Position numbers and translations under genes: made by a program. DNA of 64,000 nucleotides from a virus. The stretch is taken from IMG/VR virus record IMGVR_UViG_3300020183_000009; one strand, given 5' to 3'. Positions 37,531 through 47,252 of the stretch are shown here, one piece after another (within the stretch, counting starts at the first letter, position 1; each line of letters opens with the position of its first letter). The notes below the pieces were generated by a model that saw only the letters and a program-made list of their open reading frames with translations, was not told the origin of the DNA and did not search any database.

Positions 37531-38409
37531 ATGGAAACACTAAAAAAAGGTAGTAAGGGAGAATCAGTTAGAACCTTACAAGAATTTTTAAAATTAACTG
37601 TAGATGGTGATTTTGGTTCAAAAACTGAAGCGGCGGTAAAAACTTATCAAAAGAAAAATGGTTTAATCGTTGATGGTGTTGTTGGTCCAAAAACTTGGGC
37701 TCATATGGGGATATTAACAACAGATAACGCTGAGAATACTGAAGTTCAATCCGCGTTACAAATTGTTAAACATTATATGCCAAAAGGTACTTACTTTGAG
37801 GGTCCTGTTAAAAAGCAATGGATATTCCTACACCACACGGCAGGATGGGAAAATCCATATCAAGTAGCTGATATGTGGGCTAGAGATAACAGAGGAAATG
37901 TTGCAACAGAATTTATCTTAGGGGGACAATCAGTTAAAAATGGTAACTCTAAATTTGATGGTGAATTAATCCAATGTTTTCCTGAAGGTGGTTATGGATG
38001 GCACACAGGAACAGGGAATTCAGTAATGCACAGAAATTCAGTGGCAATCGAAGTTTGTAATATGGGTCAAATTGTAAATGGTAAAACTTATGTAGGAACA
38101 ATTGCCGAACTTAGTCAAATTGTTAAACTTGCAAAACCATTTAGAGGTCACCAATTTTGGCATCGTTATTCTGACGAACAAATTAGAGTCTTAAGAAATT
38201 GGATTTTATATTGTGCTAACAAATATAATATCGACCCAAGAGTTGGTTTAGTAGAATGGGTGAAAGAAAAGGGTGCTGATGGATTTGACGTGTTAGATTT
38301 AAACAAAGCAAATTCAACACCTGGTATGTATTCACATACTAATGTTATAAGAGGAAAAGTTGATATGTTCCCTCAACAAGAATTAATCGATATGTTGTTA
38401 AGTTTGTAA
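37531..38409 (+). CDS. Endolysin: PG-binding domain + N-acetylmuramoyl-L-alanine amidase (amidase_2)
   Basis: LKKGSKGESV..VDGDFGSKT..VDGVVGPKTW; LHHTAG, WHTG, SVAIE, SHT. Confidence 0.85.
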   Translation: METLKKGSKGESVRTLQEFLKLTVDGDFGSKTEAAVKTYQKKNGLIVDGVVGPKTWAHMGILTTDNAENTEVQSALQIVKHYMPKGTYFEGPVKKQWIFLHHTAGWENPYQVADMWARDNRGNVATEFILGGQSVKNGNSKFDGELIQCFPEGGYGWHTGTGNSVMHRNSVAIEVCNMGQIVNGKTYVGTIAELSQIVKLAKPFRGHQFWHRYSDEQIRVLRNWILYCANKYNIDPRVGLVEWVKEKGADGFDVLDLNKANSTPGMYSHTNVIRGKVDMFPQQELIDMLLSL

Positions 38410-38795
38410 TGACTAAAGACCAAGAATTATTAGCATTAAATAAAATTATAAATTCATCTATACCCAGTCCTTCAATAGAATCAATTGATGTATCACTGAG
38501 TAAAGGTGAATCGTTCTTGGTTTATAAATTTTATATTAACGAACCAATTACTAAAGAAAATTTATATGATGAGTTCGATATTTTTTGGTTTGTCGACCAT
38601 CATGTAAGAGGATATTACACAAAGTTAATACCCTTCGAAAAAATTCCGATTCTAAATGGTGATTACCAAATCGAGGTTTATAATTCATATGGGATTAAAA
38701 TATTTGATTGGTTAGATGAGCTTAAAACTATGCACGGAAATAACCCTAACAGTACGGGTGGTTCTTCATGGTATAGAATGTCAAAGGAAGTTTAA
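38409..38795 (+). CDS. Hypothetical protein
   Basis: Coupled to the lysin. Confidence 0.7.
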   Translation: MTKDQELLALNKIINSSIPSPSIESIDVSLSKGESFLVYKFYINEPITKENLYDEFDIFWFVDHHVRGYYTKLIPFEKIPILNGDYQIEVYNSYGIKIFDWLDELKTMHGNNPNSTGGSSWYRMSKEV

Positions 38796-39412
38796 AATTC
38801 TTCAAATTTTGTTACAACATATTCAACCATCCATTCAAAGTCAACCAATGCTAACTCATTGTCTAATATAGTATCTATCTCTATATAATTAGTTTCAGTT
38901 TCATCATATTTACTGTGTCTTTGGGACTCTTTGTACAGTTCAATAGCGTTGTCTAAATTAATCTTTTTAAATTTACCATTACTTAATTTAATACTTGCTT
39001 TAATGGGTCTTATATAATTTTCAATCAAAAACGAATTGTCCCCAACAAAATTAAAAGATAAACCTAAATGTTCAACTTCAATATTATAATTGTAACAAGA
39101 TATTCTATTAACACTTTTAAAAAAATCATGTAATTCATTAGTTAAGGTATCATTTATATAAAACGACCTACCTAATATTTCAAACTTTGGTGTTCCTAAA
39201 TCAATCCCAATAAAATTATAAAATTTTTCTAAACTTTCAGTAATCCATCCTTTCAATGACATTTCACTATAAGATACATCATCAGGATTATCGATTTTAA
39301 AATACATTAAATTATCGGAATCCATTTTATATGGGACTATTTTAACACCATTAATATCCAAAGACCCTTTCAAGAATTTAATATAGAACTCAAAAATTTT
39401 TTCGTTTGTCAT
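38792..39412 (-). CDS. Hypothetical protein (distant paralog of 30577)
   Basis: DINGVKIVP..IDNPDDVSYS. Confidence 0.7.
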   Translation of the reverse strand: MTNEKIFEFYIKFLKGSLDINGVKIVPYKMDSDNLMYFKIDNPDDVSYSEMSLKGWITESLEKFYNFIGIDLGTPKFEILGRSFYINDTLTNELHDFFKSVNRISCYNYNIEVEHLGLSFNFVGDNSFLIENYIRPIKASIKLSNGKFKKINLDNAIELYKESQRHSKYDETETNYIEIDTILDNELALVDFEWMVEYVVTKFEEF

Positions 39413-39801
39413 TTTTCTTTAACTTGTTTATAATGGTCATCACAAAGAGTTAGGTACCAACCAATGTCATTTCTAAGTTTACCTGAATTACCACATTTTT
39501 CGCAAACCTCATAACTCTTTTTTTCCGCTTCTATTATTCTATTATGTATCTCATTACTTCCATCGTAGATATAAAATCTAAGTCCTCCGAATTTTTCTTT
39601 AACTTGACATAGTTGTTTGTCCCATCCAAGTTTAATTAAATCCTCAATAAGTTCCTTGATAATACCATTCCATCCTTCTTTAACTCCAAAGTACCTACAA
39701 TCTTTTATTGGTGGTCTATCATTATAGAATCCATTTTCTAACCCGTTGATAGATTCTAAAAATTGATTCATGTTTTCTTTGGTGATAAAATAATTTTCCA
39801 T
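39409..39801 (-). CDS. Conserved phage protein with C-terminal Zn-finger
   Basis: GW..I, QVKEKFGGLRFY, CEKCG..TLCDDH. Confidence 0.8.
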   Translation of the reverse strand: MENYFITKENMNQFLESINGLENGFYNDRPPIKDCRYFGVKEGWNGIIKELIEDLIKLGWDKQLCQVKEKFGGLRFYIYDGSNEIHNRIIEAEKKSYEVCEKCGNSGKLRNDIGWYLTLCDDHYKQVKEK

Positions 39802-39827
39802 GGGATAAAGATAATAAAAATTATTTT

Positions 39828-40358
39828 TTAAAGAAATGACCTATAATTAATTTTTTTAAAGACAAACATATAACCTGTTTTAATTTCTACATTCTCAACC
39901 ATATAATCCCAAATACAGTCTTCAATTTCATTTTCAATTTCCCAACCATATTCATCATTATCCATACCATCTCTTAATGTAACCGTTTCACCCCCAACCA
40001 TAATTAAACTAACTTCACCTTCAATATCATCAACAGTTAAACTAATTTCAATTTGATGGTTATCCTTTTCATATTCATCTATTGTAAAAGTGAAATCATA
40101 TCCACCACAGTTGTCAATTGTATGAACTTTTTTATTTAAGAATTCTTTTAAAGTTTCCTCAACATCAGTACCGAGATATTCTCTTAACCAACTATATACA
40201 ATATTTGTTGGTATAGCTCCTCGACTTAAACCAAACAATTTTAACATTTTCTCGTCAAATTTAGGTCCAAATTTGTCCCAATATTTAAAGAATCTTTTTT
40301 TATAACTTTCAAGTTCGACAACGTTATCAAATTGGTTTTCAGTTAACATTATTTTCAT
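39828..40358 (-). CDS. MKIMLTE-leader acidic protein
   Basis: Leader; TATTTAT. Confidence 0.8.
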   Translation of the reverse strand: MKIMLTENQFDNVVELESYKKRFFKYWDKFGPKFDEKMLKLFGLSRGAIPTNIVYSWLREYLGTDVEETLKEFLNKKVHTIDNCGGYDFTFTIDEYEKDNHQIEISLTVDDIEGEVSLIMVGGETVTLRDGMDNDEYGWEIENEIEDCIWDYMVENVEIKTGYMFVFKKINYRSFL

Positions 40359-40424
40359 AATAATAAATACTCAATAATTCTTGTTTAAGTATTATACTAT
40401 TCATTTATATTTAAATTAAAAATT

Positions 40425-40775
40425 ATGGCACATCCAATACAACATGCTAAAAGTTCAGCCAAAAAATTTGGTGGTAAATGGGAAGATTATATTCATATCC
40501 ATAATTGGTTTGACGAAACTAAAAGTTGGTATGGTACATCTACTCACAGAATGTTCAGACATCACTCAGAGGGTATTTTTGAATGTGAAAAAATATTTGG
40601 TCCCATGTTTATAAACAGTGATGATAAAACTGTATATACTAGATATGTTGGTGAGCAACATGTTAGAGAAGATTGTTTCAACCATATACCATGTGCGAAA
40701 GAATGGATTATGGCTTTAGAAGCAAAAGAAAAACCTATATGGATGATGCGGACAATGGACATTAATATAGATTAA
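40425..40775 (+). CDS. DUF6915-like protein
   Basis: MAHP..HA.SSAKKFGG..DY..IH.WFDETK..HR..RHH.EGIF..GEQHVRED. Confidence 0.7.
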   Translation: MAHPIQHAKSSAKKFGGKWEDYIHIHNWFDETKSWYGTSTHRMFRHHSEGIFECEKIFGPMFINSDDKTVYTRYVGEQHVREDCFNHIPCAKEWIMALEAKEKPIWMMRTMDINID

Positions 40776-40788
40776 TATATTTATTTAT

Positions 40789-41475
40789 ATGGAAATTCAA
40801 TTAACAGAGGAGGAAAAAAAGACATTAAAATTATTTGTCTATTATGTAAAATCATATGGTAAATCAAGTGTTTATAGTGAACATGTAGTTTATGATAACC
40901 AATTAGACTATTATAGTGGAGAATGGTATGGTCAAGGAAGTCCTGTACCTAGTTATAAAGAAATAGATGAATTAGTAGAATCTATTATTGATAGGTATGA
41001 TATTCTTGATGAGGTTGGTGGCGATAATGGTGATGGTAGAGTTATGTTTATTGTTGATTGTGATGATATGGAAATTGAGGTAGAGGTGGCTTCGTATATC
41101 TTAACAACTCGAGATTCAGGTGATACGGAAATAATTAGTGAAAAGTTTGGTGAATCAGGGACTGAATTAGTAGAGTTTATGAAATCTAAAGGTATCTCAG
41201 AAGGTAGAGTCGATTTCTCAGGTGGTGGTGACTCTGGAGAAATAATGGATTATATCCAATTTGGTAATAGTGGTGAACCGAATAAACCTTTATCTAGAGA
41301 TGTATTAGATACGTTATACACTTGGTTAGAAGACTTTTATGGCGGATGGGAAATAAATGAAGGTTCTCAAGGTTATTTTACTTTTTATAGTGGAGACAAT
41401 GAATGTGAATTATTTTTTCAAGAAAATTATGAAGAATCGGAATTAGATACCGTTTTATTCGCAAAAATACAATAA
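40789..41475 (+). CDS. DUF6878-like protein
   Basis: FSGGGDSG...GGWEINEGSQG; adjacent to the DUF6915-like gene. Confidence 0.6.
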   Translation: MEIQLTEEEKKTLKLFVYYVKSYGKSSVYSEHVVYDNQLDYYSGEWYGQGSPVPSYKEIDELVESIIDRYDILDEVGGDNGDGRVMFIVDCDDMEIEVEVASYILTTRDSGDTEIISEKFGESGTELVEFMKSKGISEGRVDFSGGGDSGEIMDYIQFGNSGEPNKPLSRDVLDTLYTWLEDFYGGWEINEGSQGYFTFYSGDNECELFFQENYEESELDTVLFAKIQ

Positions 41476-41480
41476 AATCA

Positions 41481-41507
41481 AAAACCCCTCCGAAAAGGGG
41501 TTTTTTT
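41481..41507. terminator. Bidirectional terminator
   Basis: aaaacccct..aggggtttt. Confidence 0.85.
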
Positions 41508-41511
41508 ATAT

Positions 41512-41666
41512 CTGTTCAAGTGAGGTCATAATGTCAGAATACAGAGTGTTAAGATTTGATTGATAACTGTTGAACGCTTGAATCTTGACTAAAGGACCGT
41601 ACTAAATCAACATCATAACATCGGTTCTGAACAATAGTTTGTAAACATCATCACTCAACTATCCCA
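41512..41666 (-). ncRNA. Candidate structured RNA 3' of the DIP1984-like gene
   Basis: Four nested stems (see findings). Confidence 0.55.
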
Positions 41667-41670
41667 CATA

Positions 41671-42108
41671 TTAAATTTGAGTTAGAGCATTGTGGGTATC
41701 CAACTCGTCTTGGATTGACTCAATCTCATCCTCCATAATTTTTACCACACTATCTCTTTCTACGATTGAAATTTCTGAGGTCATTACAGGTATATTTTCA
41801 CTACGTCTTGAGTAGTAATCTGTTGATGTACCTTCAGTACAGTTCAACATTTTGATTTTAGACACCAATGACTTCAATTCAGACAATCTGAAAATCTTGT
41901 CATACACTGGTGAATTCGCTTGGTGAATCTTTGTTTTCAATTCAACCAAATCATTGGTAAGTTTTTCAACTTTTTCCAACGACTCTGATGAAGAATATGG
42001 TCTTAGTGAACCTACCTCGACACTATTGTAGGATTGAGCTTTTTGTAGTTCTTCGGTAATTTCTTTAACCAATTTATTCTTCAACTTTAATGCTTGTTTT
42101 ACAGTCAT
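41671..42108 (-). CDS. DIP1984/DUF6847-like coiled-coil protein
   Basis: MTVKQALKLK..LKTKIHQAN..IQDELDTHNALTQI. Confidence 0.65.
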   Translation of the reverse strand: MTVKQALKLKNKLVKEITEELQKAQSYNSVEVGSLRPYSSSESLEKVEKLTNDLVELKTKIHQANSPVYDKIFRLSELKSLVSKIKMLNCTEGTSTDYYSRRSENIPVMTSEISIVERDSVVKIMEDEIESIQDELDTHNALTQI

Positions 42109-42162
42109 ATGTTGTTTTTTAATTTACTATTCAATGATAGGTGATAACCCCCAAAAGTCAAA

Positions 42163-42378
42163 TCATTTCTCGATAAACATGTTAGTGTTTGATACAGGGG
42201 TACGTAACACAGGAACAGGACTCTGCATTTCTTCGGTTCTATACATCACCTCATAATAACCCTCATGTACTTTAACTGTAGGTACGTTATTGTAACTCGC
42301 CAAAACTTGACTTTCTTCTTTTCTATCTGAGTAAAACTTAACAGTTTTTTCAGTCGTATTAAATACTAATGTTTGCAT
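42163..42378 (-). CDS. Hypothetical protein
   Basis: 71 aa ORF. Confidence 0.65.
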   Translation of the reverse strand: MQTLVFNTTEKTVKFYSDRKEESQVLASYNNVPTVKVHEGYYEVMYRTEEMQSPVPVLRTPVSNTNMFIEK

Positions 42379-42390
42379 ATTATTTTAATT

Positions 42391-42588
42391 TTAAATTTTA
42401 GTTTCAGTTACACATGTTCCCAATATGAATAGTTGGAATATCAGAAATATAATAATTAAAAATACATTATCAAATATTGACCATTGGGTTGGGTTTAAAT
42501 TATCTTCGAACCAAGATATTACCGAATACCATAACAATTGTTTAGATAGGTATTCTTTAACATTTAGTTCGTGTTTGTTGTCTTTCAT
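42391..42588 (-). CDS. Small membrane protein
   Basis: Hydrophobic C-terminal helix. Confidence 0.55.
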   Translation of the reverse strand: MKDNKHELNVKEYLSKQLLWYSVISWFEDNLNPTQWSIFDNVFLIIIFLIFQLFILGTCVTETKI

Positions 42589-42637
42589 ATAACAATAATA
42601 AATAAAAGGGGGTTAAACTAAACCCCCTTCTTGGGTA

Positions 42638-43372
42638 TTAAATCATTTTCAAAATGACTTCAGTTTTACCATCCCATTTGATGATACGGGATTTAGGAAC
42701 CCAAAACTCCATTTCACCGATTTCCTCAACTTTCGCTAAGTACTCGTTACGGAAACGTTCTGCTTGACTTGCGTCTGTGATATATTCAACACCCATGTGT
42801 TTAGCACATGTCTTACCCATTTTAGTTAACATTGAAAACTCATCAGTAAGTGTCTTAGCACAACACACACAAACATCTCCACGTTTAACCGTCATCTTAC
42901 CTGAGAACTTAACCGCCTTTGGTGATACTGCCAACACCTTAGTGATATCCAAAAGGATTGGGTTAAACTGTAGTCCGTATTGTTCTTTCATTTTTTGACC
43001 AACTGAACGTCCAACTTTAACTGTTTCACCAATAGTAGGTAGGTTCAATTTACGAGTATTTGCTTTGTTCTCGTCAGATTGGATTGTTCTGATTGCGGCG
43101 GAAACTTGTTTGTCAGAAAGTTTACCGTACTTCTCAAGTTTACTTTTCAACTCATTAACAAATGAGTTAGTACCTTGGTAGTCAGCAATAACTTTCAAGT
43201 CACCTGTCAATTCTACCTCTTTAGCTTCGGTAGGGTTAGATAAAATTTTCTCAACTGCTGATTTTTGATTTACGGTCAAAGAACCGTATTTTGTTAGAGC
43301 ATCCTTCATTTTAAGGATGAATGTGTTTTTTCCTTGATAATTTTTAACTTGTGTTGCGATGTCTGTTGTCAT
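42638..43372 (-). CDS. Early hypothetical protein with duplicated helical repeat and Zn-finger
   Basis: 2x Y.G.N.F...K..L.KYG.L...Q; CVCC..LTDE.S...MGKTCA; TATCTTTG at 43394-43401. Confidence 0.75.
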   Translation of the reverse strand: MTTDIATQVKNYQGKNTFILKMKDALTKYGSLTVNQKSAVEKILSNPTEAKEVELTGDLKVIADYQGTNSFVNELKSKLEKYGKLSDKQVSAAIRTIQSDENKANTRKLNLPTIGETVKVGRSVGQKMKEQYGLQFNPILLDITKVLAVSPKAVKFSGKMTVKRGDVCVCCAKTLTDEFSMLTKMGKTCAKHMGVEYITDASQAERFRNEYLAKVEEIGEMEFWVPKSRIIKWDGKTEVILKMI

Positions 43373-43430
43373 GGTATCTCTGTATTTGTTTTACAAAGAT
43401 AGTCATTTTTTAGAAACCTACAAATAAAAT

Positions 43431-44381
43431 TTAGTTTTTTGGGTGATAAAATTTAAATTCGGTATTATCATTTTTTAATACCTCACTAAAATCAGATATT
43501 AATCTTTGTTCAATACCATTTTCAATATCTTCTGAGAACGGACTAGGTACAACATAACCTTCAGGATTAACAATCATCCTATTTGTTCCTTCAACAGTGC
43601 CTGCCTTATCTATTCTGATGTCAAATAAAATTTTACCATTATGTTCTTTAACATCTTTAATTGTAAACTTAACTTTCTTTTTATCGTTACCCCAACCAAT
43701 TGTTATCATCTTAGAATATAACCCGTAATTTTTGAAGGTTGTAATAGCGTCTCGTATTCGTTTACTCTTAATGTCTTCCATGGATTTACCAATCATGATA
43801 TTGTTAATTTCTTCAGGAGTTACATATAGGATATCATCTTTAATATTTGGGTCATAAGTCCTTCTTCTGATTGGATTTGCCCCTGATAAGTGTTTTGATG
43901 TACTTGATGAATAAGAATTACTTACTCTATACCACTGATTATTAATATATAGGTAAATCGGATACCATCCATAAGATGTCACCACATAGTACCATTCATT
44001 ATTATCGTTAACATCCCAATAACCTTCCAAACTAGACCCTTTAAATGGTAATTTAACCGAACTATATTCGTACGCTGAGTTGTTAGGTGTTCTTCTTTGT
44101 TTAAACTCCCTATAATGTTTAAAAGTGGATTTATCTAAATTTTCATAATCCCCTTCAGGTCTATAATTTGCGGTATAGATTTCATAGTAAAATCTAGCGT
44201 CACTTTCTGGTCTACCAATGACGGGCATCATCGATTTGAATAACTTTAGTAAGTCTCCTTGTTTACTGTGTTTGTCTTTATTTTTGTTGATATATTTAAA
44301 GAATCTAATTTCTTTTTCTGACAACGGATTTTCTCCCTCACCTTCTAGTTGCTCAACAATTAATCTGATTAAATTTTTCAT
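43431..44381 (-). CDS. Leader-variant protein (MKNLIRLIVEQLE)
   Basis: TATTTAT upstream. Confidence 0.75.
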   Translation of the reverse strand: MKNLIRLIVEQLEGEGENPLSEKEIRFFKYINKNKDKHSKQGDLLKLFKSMMPVIGRPESDARFYYEIYTANYRPEGDYENLDKSTFKHYREFKQRRTPNNSAYEYSSVKLPFKGSSLEGYWDVNDNNEWYYVVTSYGWYPIYLYINNQWYRVSNSYSSSTSKHLSGANPIRRRTYDPNIKDDILYVTPEEINNIMIGKSMEDIKSKRIRDAITTFKNYGLYSKMITIGWGNDKKKVKFTIKDVKEHNGKILFDIRIDKAGTVEGTNRMIVNPEGYVVPSPFSEDIENGIEQRLISDFSEVLKNDNTEFKFYHPKN

Positions 44382-44526
44382 CAATAATAAATATCTTGGT
44401 AAGATATAAATTACCATAGTTCATAAAAACCTTAATCGTTTAGGGTTTACTGTCTCAGTCATAAATTAATTATAACAAAAAACCCCTACTAAAAACAGTG
44501 AGGGTCTCAAAAAAAATTCCATAGTT

Positions 44527-44970
44527 TTATTTTAAGAATCTTAATTTGTATAATGTAGAATTGATTAACTCACATACCGTATCAATCTGATTTTGTATGT
44601 AGGAATCTTTACAACAATCTCTAAGTTCCTCAACTTTACCACATAGGTCCTTAAGATAATTAATTGTGTTAGTATTATCTTTATAATCTTCAAGTTTATA
44701 ATTATGATATCCTTTCAAAATACTGTATTTGCCTTGGTAAGATTCTACTAAACCGTCTACTATATCCCCAATACCGTCATAGTACCCATTAAGAGCTATA
44801 TGTTCAGCATAAGATTTAGTTTGTAAATGAAATGTATGTATTTGTGTTCTTGAGTGTAGTAATAAAGAAATCATCTCAGTAAAATCTTTAGACCCTGTTT
44901 TTTGTTCCGTGATTAAACCTCTTTTTTTAACTTCTTCAAATAATCTTTCTTTTAATAAATCTTGTTTCAT
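44527..44970 (-). CDS. Ferritin/Dps-like protein (DUF5856-type) with LITEQ leader
   Basis: HTFHLQTKSYAEHIAL..YYD..D.LVESYQGKY..QNQID..TLYKL. Confidence 0.75.
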   Translation of the reverse strand: MKQDLLKERLFEEVKKRGLITEQKTGSKDFTEMISLLLHSRTQIHTFHLQTKSYAEHIALNGYYDGIGDIVDGLVESYQGKYSILKGYHNYKLEDYKDNTNTINYLKDLCGKVEELRDCCKDSYIQNQIDTVCELINSTLYKLRFLK

Positions 44971-44999
44971 TGTATTTGTTTTAATATAAATATTAGGTT

Positions 45000-45275
45000 T
45001 TATCTTAAACTTAATACAACTTCCCCTTCAATTGAAAATAACGATAGGTGTTGTTTTATTTCTTTATTTATGAAGAATTCAAACATACTTTCTGTAAAAT
45101 ATCTAAAGTCTTCTTTATTTATTACATTTATAGTAACCACTACAATATCATTACCCCATTCTTGGTCAACCCCATTTTCAATATTTAATATTTTAATCAG
45201 AACTTTTTTATTTTCATTATTAGGTATCTTTATTTCAAGATTGTTGTTCTGATAATATTTTAAAATGTGGTTCAT
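45000..45275 (-). CDS. Hypothetical protein
   Basis: 91 aa ORF. Confidence 0.55.
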   Translation of the reverse strand: MNHILKYYQNNNLEIKIPNNENKKVLIKILNIENGVDQEWGNDIVVVTINVINKEDFRYFTESMFEFFINKEIKQHLSLFSIEGEVVLSLR

Positions 45276-45400
45276 TTTCTTTAAAGATTTTTCTCAAGGT
45301 CTTACCTAATTCATAATCATTAGGATATTGTTTAATTAAACTTGTTATTAAACTAACCATAGTTTTTTCATCTAAGTTTTGGATTGGGTTTATCGTTTCT

Positions 45401-45919
45401 TTATTCATTGTTTAAATTTTTAGTTATTAAATCTTTATCTGAAATTATCATAGAATTTTCATATCTTTTTAAAATATTTTTAACCACATCAACCTCTTTC
45501 CAATAGATGGAACCTTCACTTTCAGGTGAATAATCATTATCAACCAAATATTGGACAATAGTGTTATCTTCTAATGTAATAAACCCATGAGCATATCCTC
45601 TTGGTACTATCAATTCATCATTTGGGTCCATCCCGAACGTTTGGACTGACATATATTCAGATGATTCAGGCCTGATGTCAACTATAAAGTCAATAATTGA
45701 CCCATTTATGACTTTAATTAATTTACATTGTGCTTTATCACCTATTTGAAAATGTAATCCCCTAAGAGTGTGTTTAACAGGATTAACACTTATATTACTT
45801 TGTACCCAATTTTTATTTAATTCTATGATTGGTGAATTTTCGTATTTTAATGATAATGGTGCAAAATTACCTCGATTATCTTTAAAAACCTTATTATTTA
45901 TTAGTTTAGCAAATTCCAT
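45401..45919 (-). CDS. rmlC: dTDP-4-dehydrorhamnose 3,5-epimerase
   Basis: FKDNRG.F, LRGLHFQ, VDIRPES, PRGYAHGF, ISDKD. Confidence 0.9.
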   Translation of the reverse strand: MEFAKLINNKVFKDNRGNFAPLSLKYENSPIIELNKNWVQSNISVNPVKHTLRGLHFQIGDKAQCKLIKVINGSIIDFIVDIRPESSEYMSVQTFGMDPNDELIVPRGYAHGFITLEDNTIVQYLVDNDYSPESEGSIYWKEVDVVKNILKRYENSMIISDKDLITKNLNNE

Positions 45920-45976
45920 AAAAAAACCTTTACCATAATGATATGATAAAGGTTCATAATAATCAAATATTGTAAT

Positions 45977-46279
45977 TTATTTTCCGATAATTAAATCGTC
46001 AAAGTCAAGTTTACCCATACCATCCATTTGTTTATTGTCAACAAATTCATCATACATAAATGATTTTACAACGGCAATAACGCTTTGTTCAGCTTGAGCA
46101 ACTTTACTAACCATCCAATCCTCAATTTCGTCTTTATCGTCCATCGATTCCCACATCTTATAGGCTAATGTGGCAATTGTAAATAATTGTTGTTTAGTCA
46201 TACTAGACCCTTTATGATTTTCTTTTAATGACCCGAATAAATTACCCAATTGTTTTTCTGAAATAACTATTTTTGTCAT
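45977..46279 (-). CDS. IVISE-leader protein
   Basis: MTKIVISEKQL..LKE. Confidence 0.75.
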   Translation of the reverse strand: MTKIVISEKQLGNLFGSLKENHKGSSMTKQQLFTIATLAYKMWESMDDKDEIEDWMVSKVAQAEQSVIAVVKSFMYDEFVDNKQMDGMGKLDFDDLIIGK

Positions 46280-47070
46280 CTTCTATTTGCGGTTTTTAAT
46301 TTTTCAAGTTGTTTATCATATTCATCTTTACTCAAGACATCTTTCAACGGTCTGTAATTTCCTGTAGGTTTACGAACTTCCCATTTTTTACTAGCAGTTA
46401 AATAATATATCGAGTCATCATCAGCTAATTTATATTCACCACTTATCCAATCTCTAAAATTTCTCTCATTGTCAATGTTAGGACTAATGTTTGTACTTAC
46501 TTCAGGTTGTCTAACATTAACCGTTTCTTTAGAGGTTTTAAAATTGTCAGGTTCTCTAACAGGTATTGATGTTGTCTGAGTTTTAGGTGTTGGGTTAACT
46601 AATGTTGTTGATTTATTTGATGTAGAACCTTTCTTCTCATCAGTTTTTTCAGAATCATAATAATTAGTTACTATGTTTTGTAAATTTTTAACTGAATATC
46701 TATAACTATCATAATTAGAAATAGCTCCCCTCAAATTAGATATTATACTTGATACTATAGGGTCTGTTGTTTCAAGTTCGGAAAATTCTACTTCAACATG
46801 TTTCAATTCTTTCATTACCGATAACATAGTTTTTTCACTACTACGTATTCTTTTTAAAGAATTTCTAATAATGTTCATATTCCTACTTAAACTATATCCT
46901 TTACCTGTGAAAGCACCTTTAATACCAGCAAAAATATTACCAAATTTTAAAGTACCTATATCCCGACCTAAATCACCTAAAAACCCCTCTTCAAGCTCTC
47001 CTTCTGAACTTTCTTTAATTGTTTTTACTAACTCTTCTAATTGTTTTTCTGTTATTATGATATTACCCAT
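46276..47070 (-). CDS. IIITE-leader protein
   Basis: MGNIIITEKQL..ELEEGFLG; TATTTAT. Confidence 0.75.
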   Translation of the reverse strand: MGNIIITEKQLEELVKTIKESSEGELEEGFLGDLGRDIGTLKFGNIFAGIKGAFTGKGYSLSRNMNIIRNSLKRIRSSEKTMLSVMKELKHVEVEFSELETTDPIVSSIISNLRGAISNYDSYRYSVKNLQNIVTNYYDSEKTDEKKGSTSNKSTTLVNPTPKTQTTSIPVREPDNFKTSKETVNVRQPEVSTNISPNIDNERNFRDWISGEYKLADDDSIYYLTASKKWEVRKPTGNYRPLKDVLSKDEYDKQLEKLKTANRR

Positions 47071-47169
47071 AACAATAAATATCATAAAAATAAAAAAAGG
47101 GAGATGTTACTCTCCCTTGGGGCCGATTAAGGCAATCCACCACTTTGTTTTACGAACAAAGAAACGTTA

Positions 47170-47235
47170 TTATTTAATATTAAGGAACATTCCTGAACTA
47201 CCCTCCATAGTTGTTGGTAGTTTACCATACCAATC
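47170..47235 (-). pseudogene. C-terminal remnant of an SPFH/prohibitin-like gene
   Basis: DWYGKLPTTMEGSSGMFLNIK* with an upstream in-frame stop. Confidence 0.5.
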
Positions 47236-47252
47236 AGAAGACTATATTAAAT

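Noticed and set aside
47120-47170. Hammerhead ribozyme (stem followed by GAAAC)
   Set aside because: The CUGANGA core is absent.
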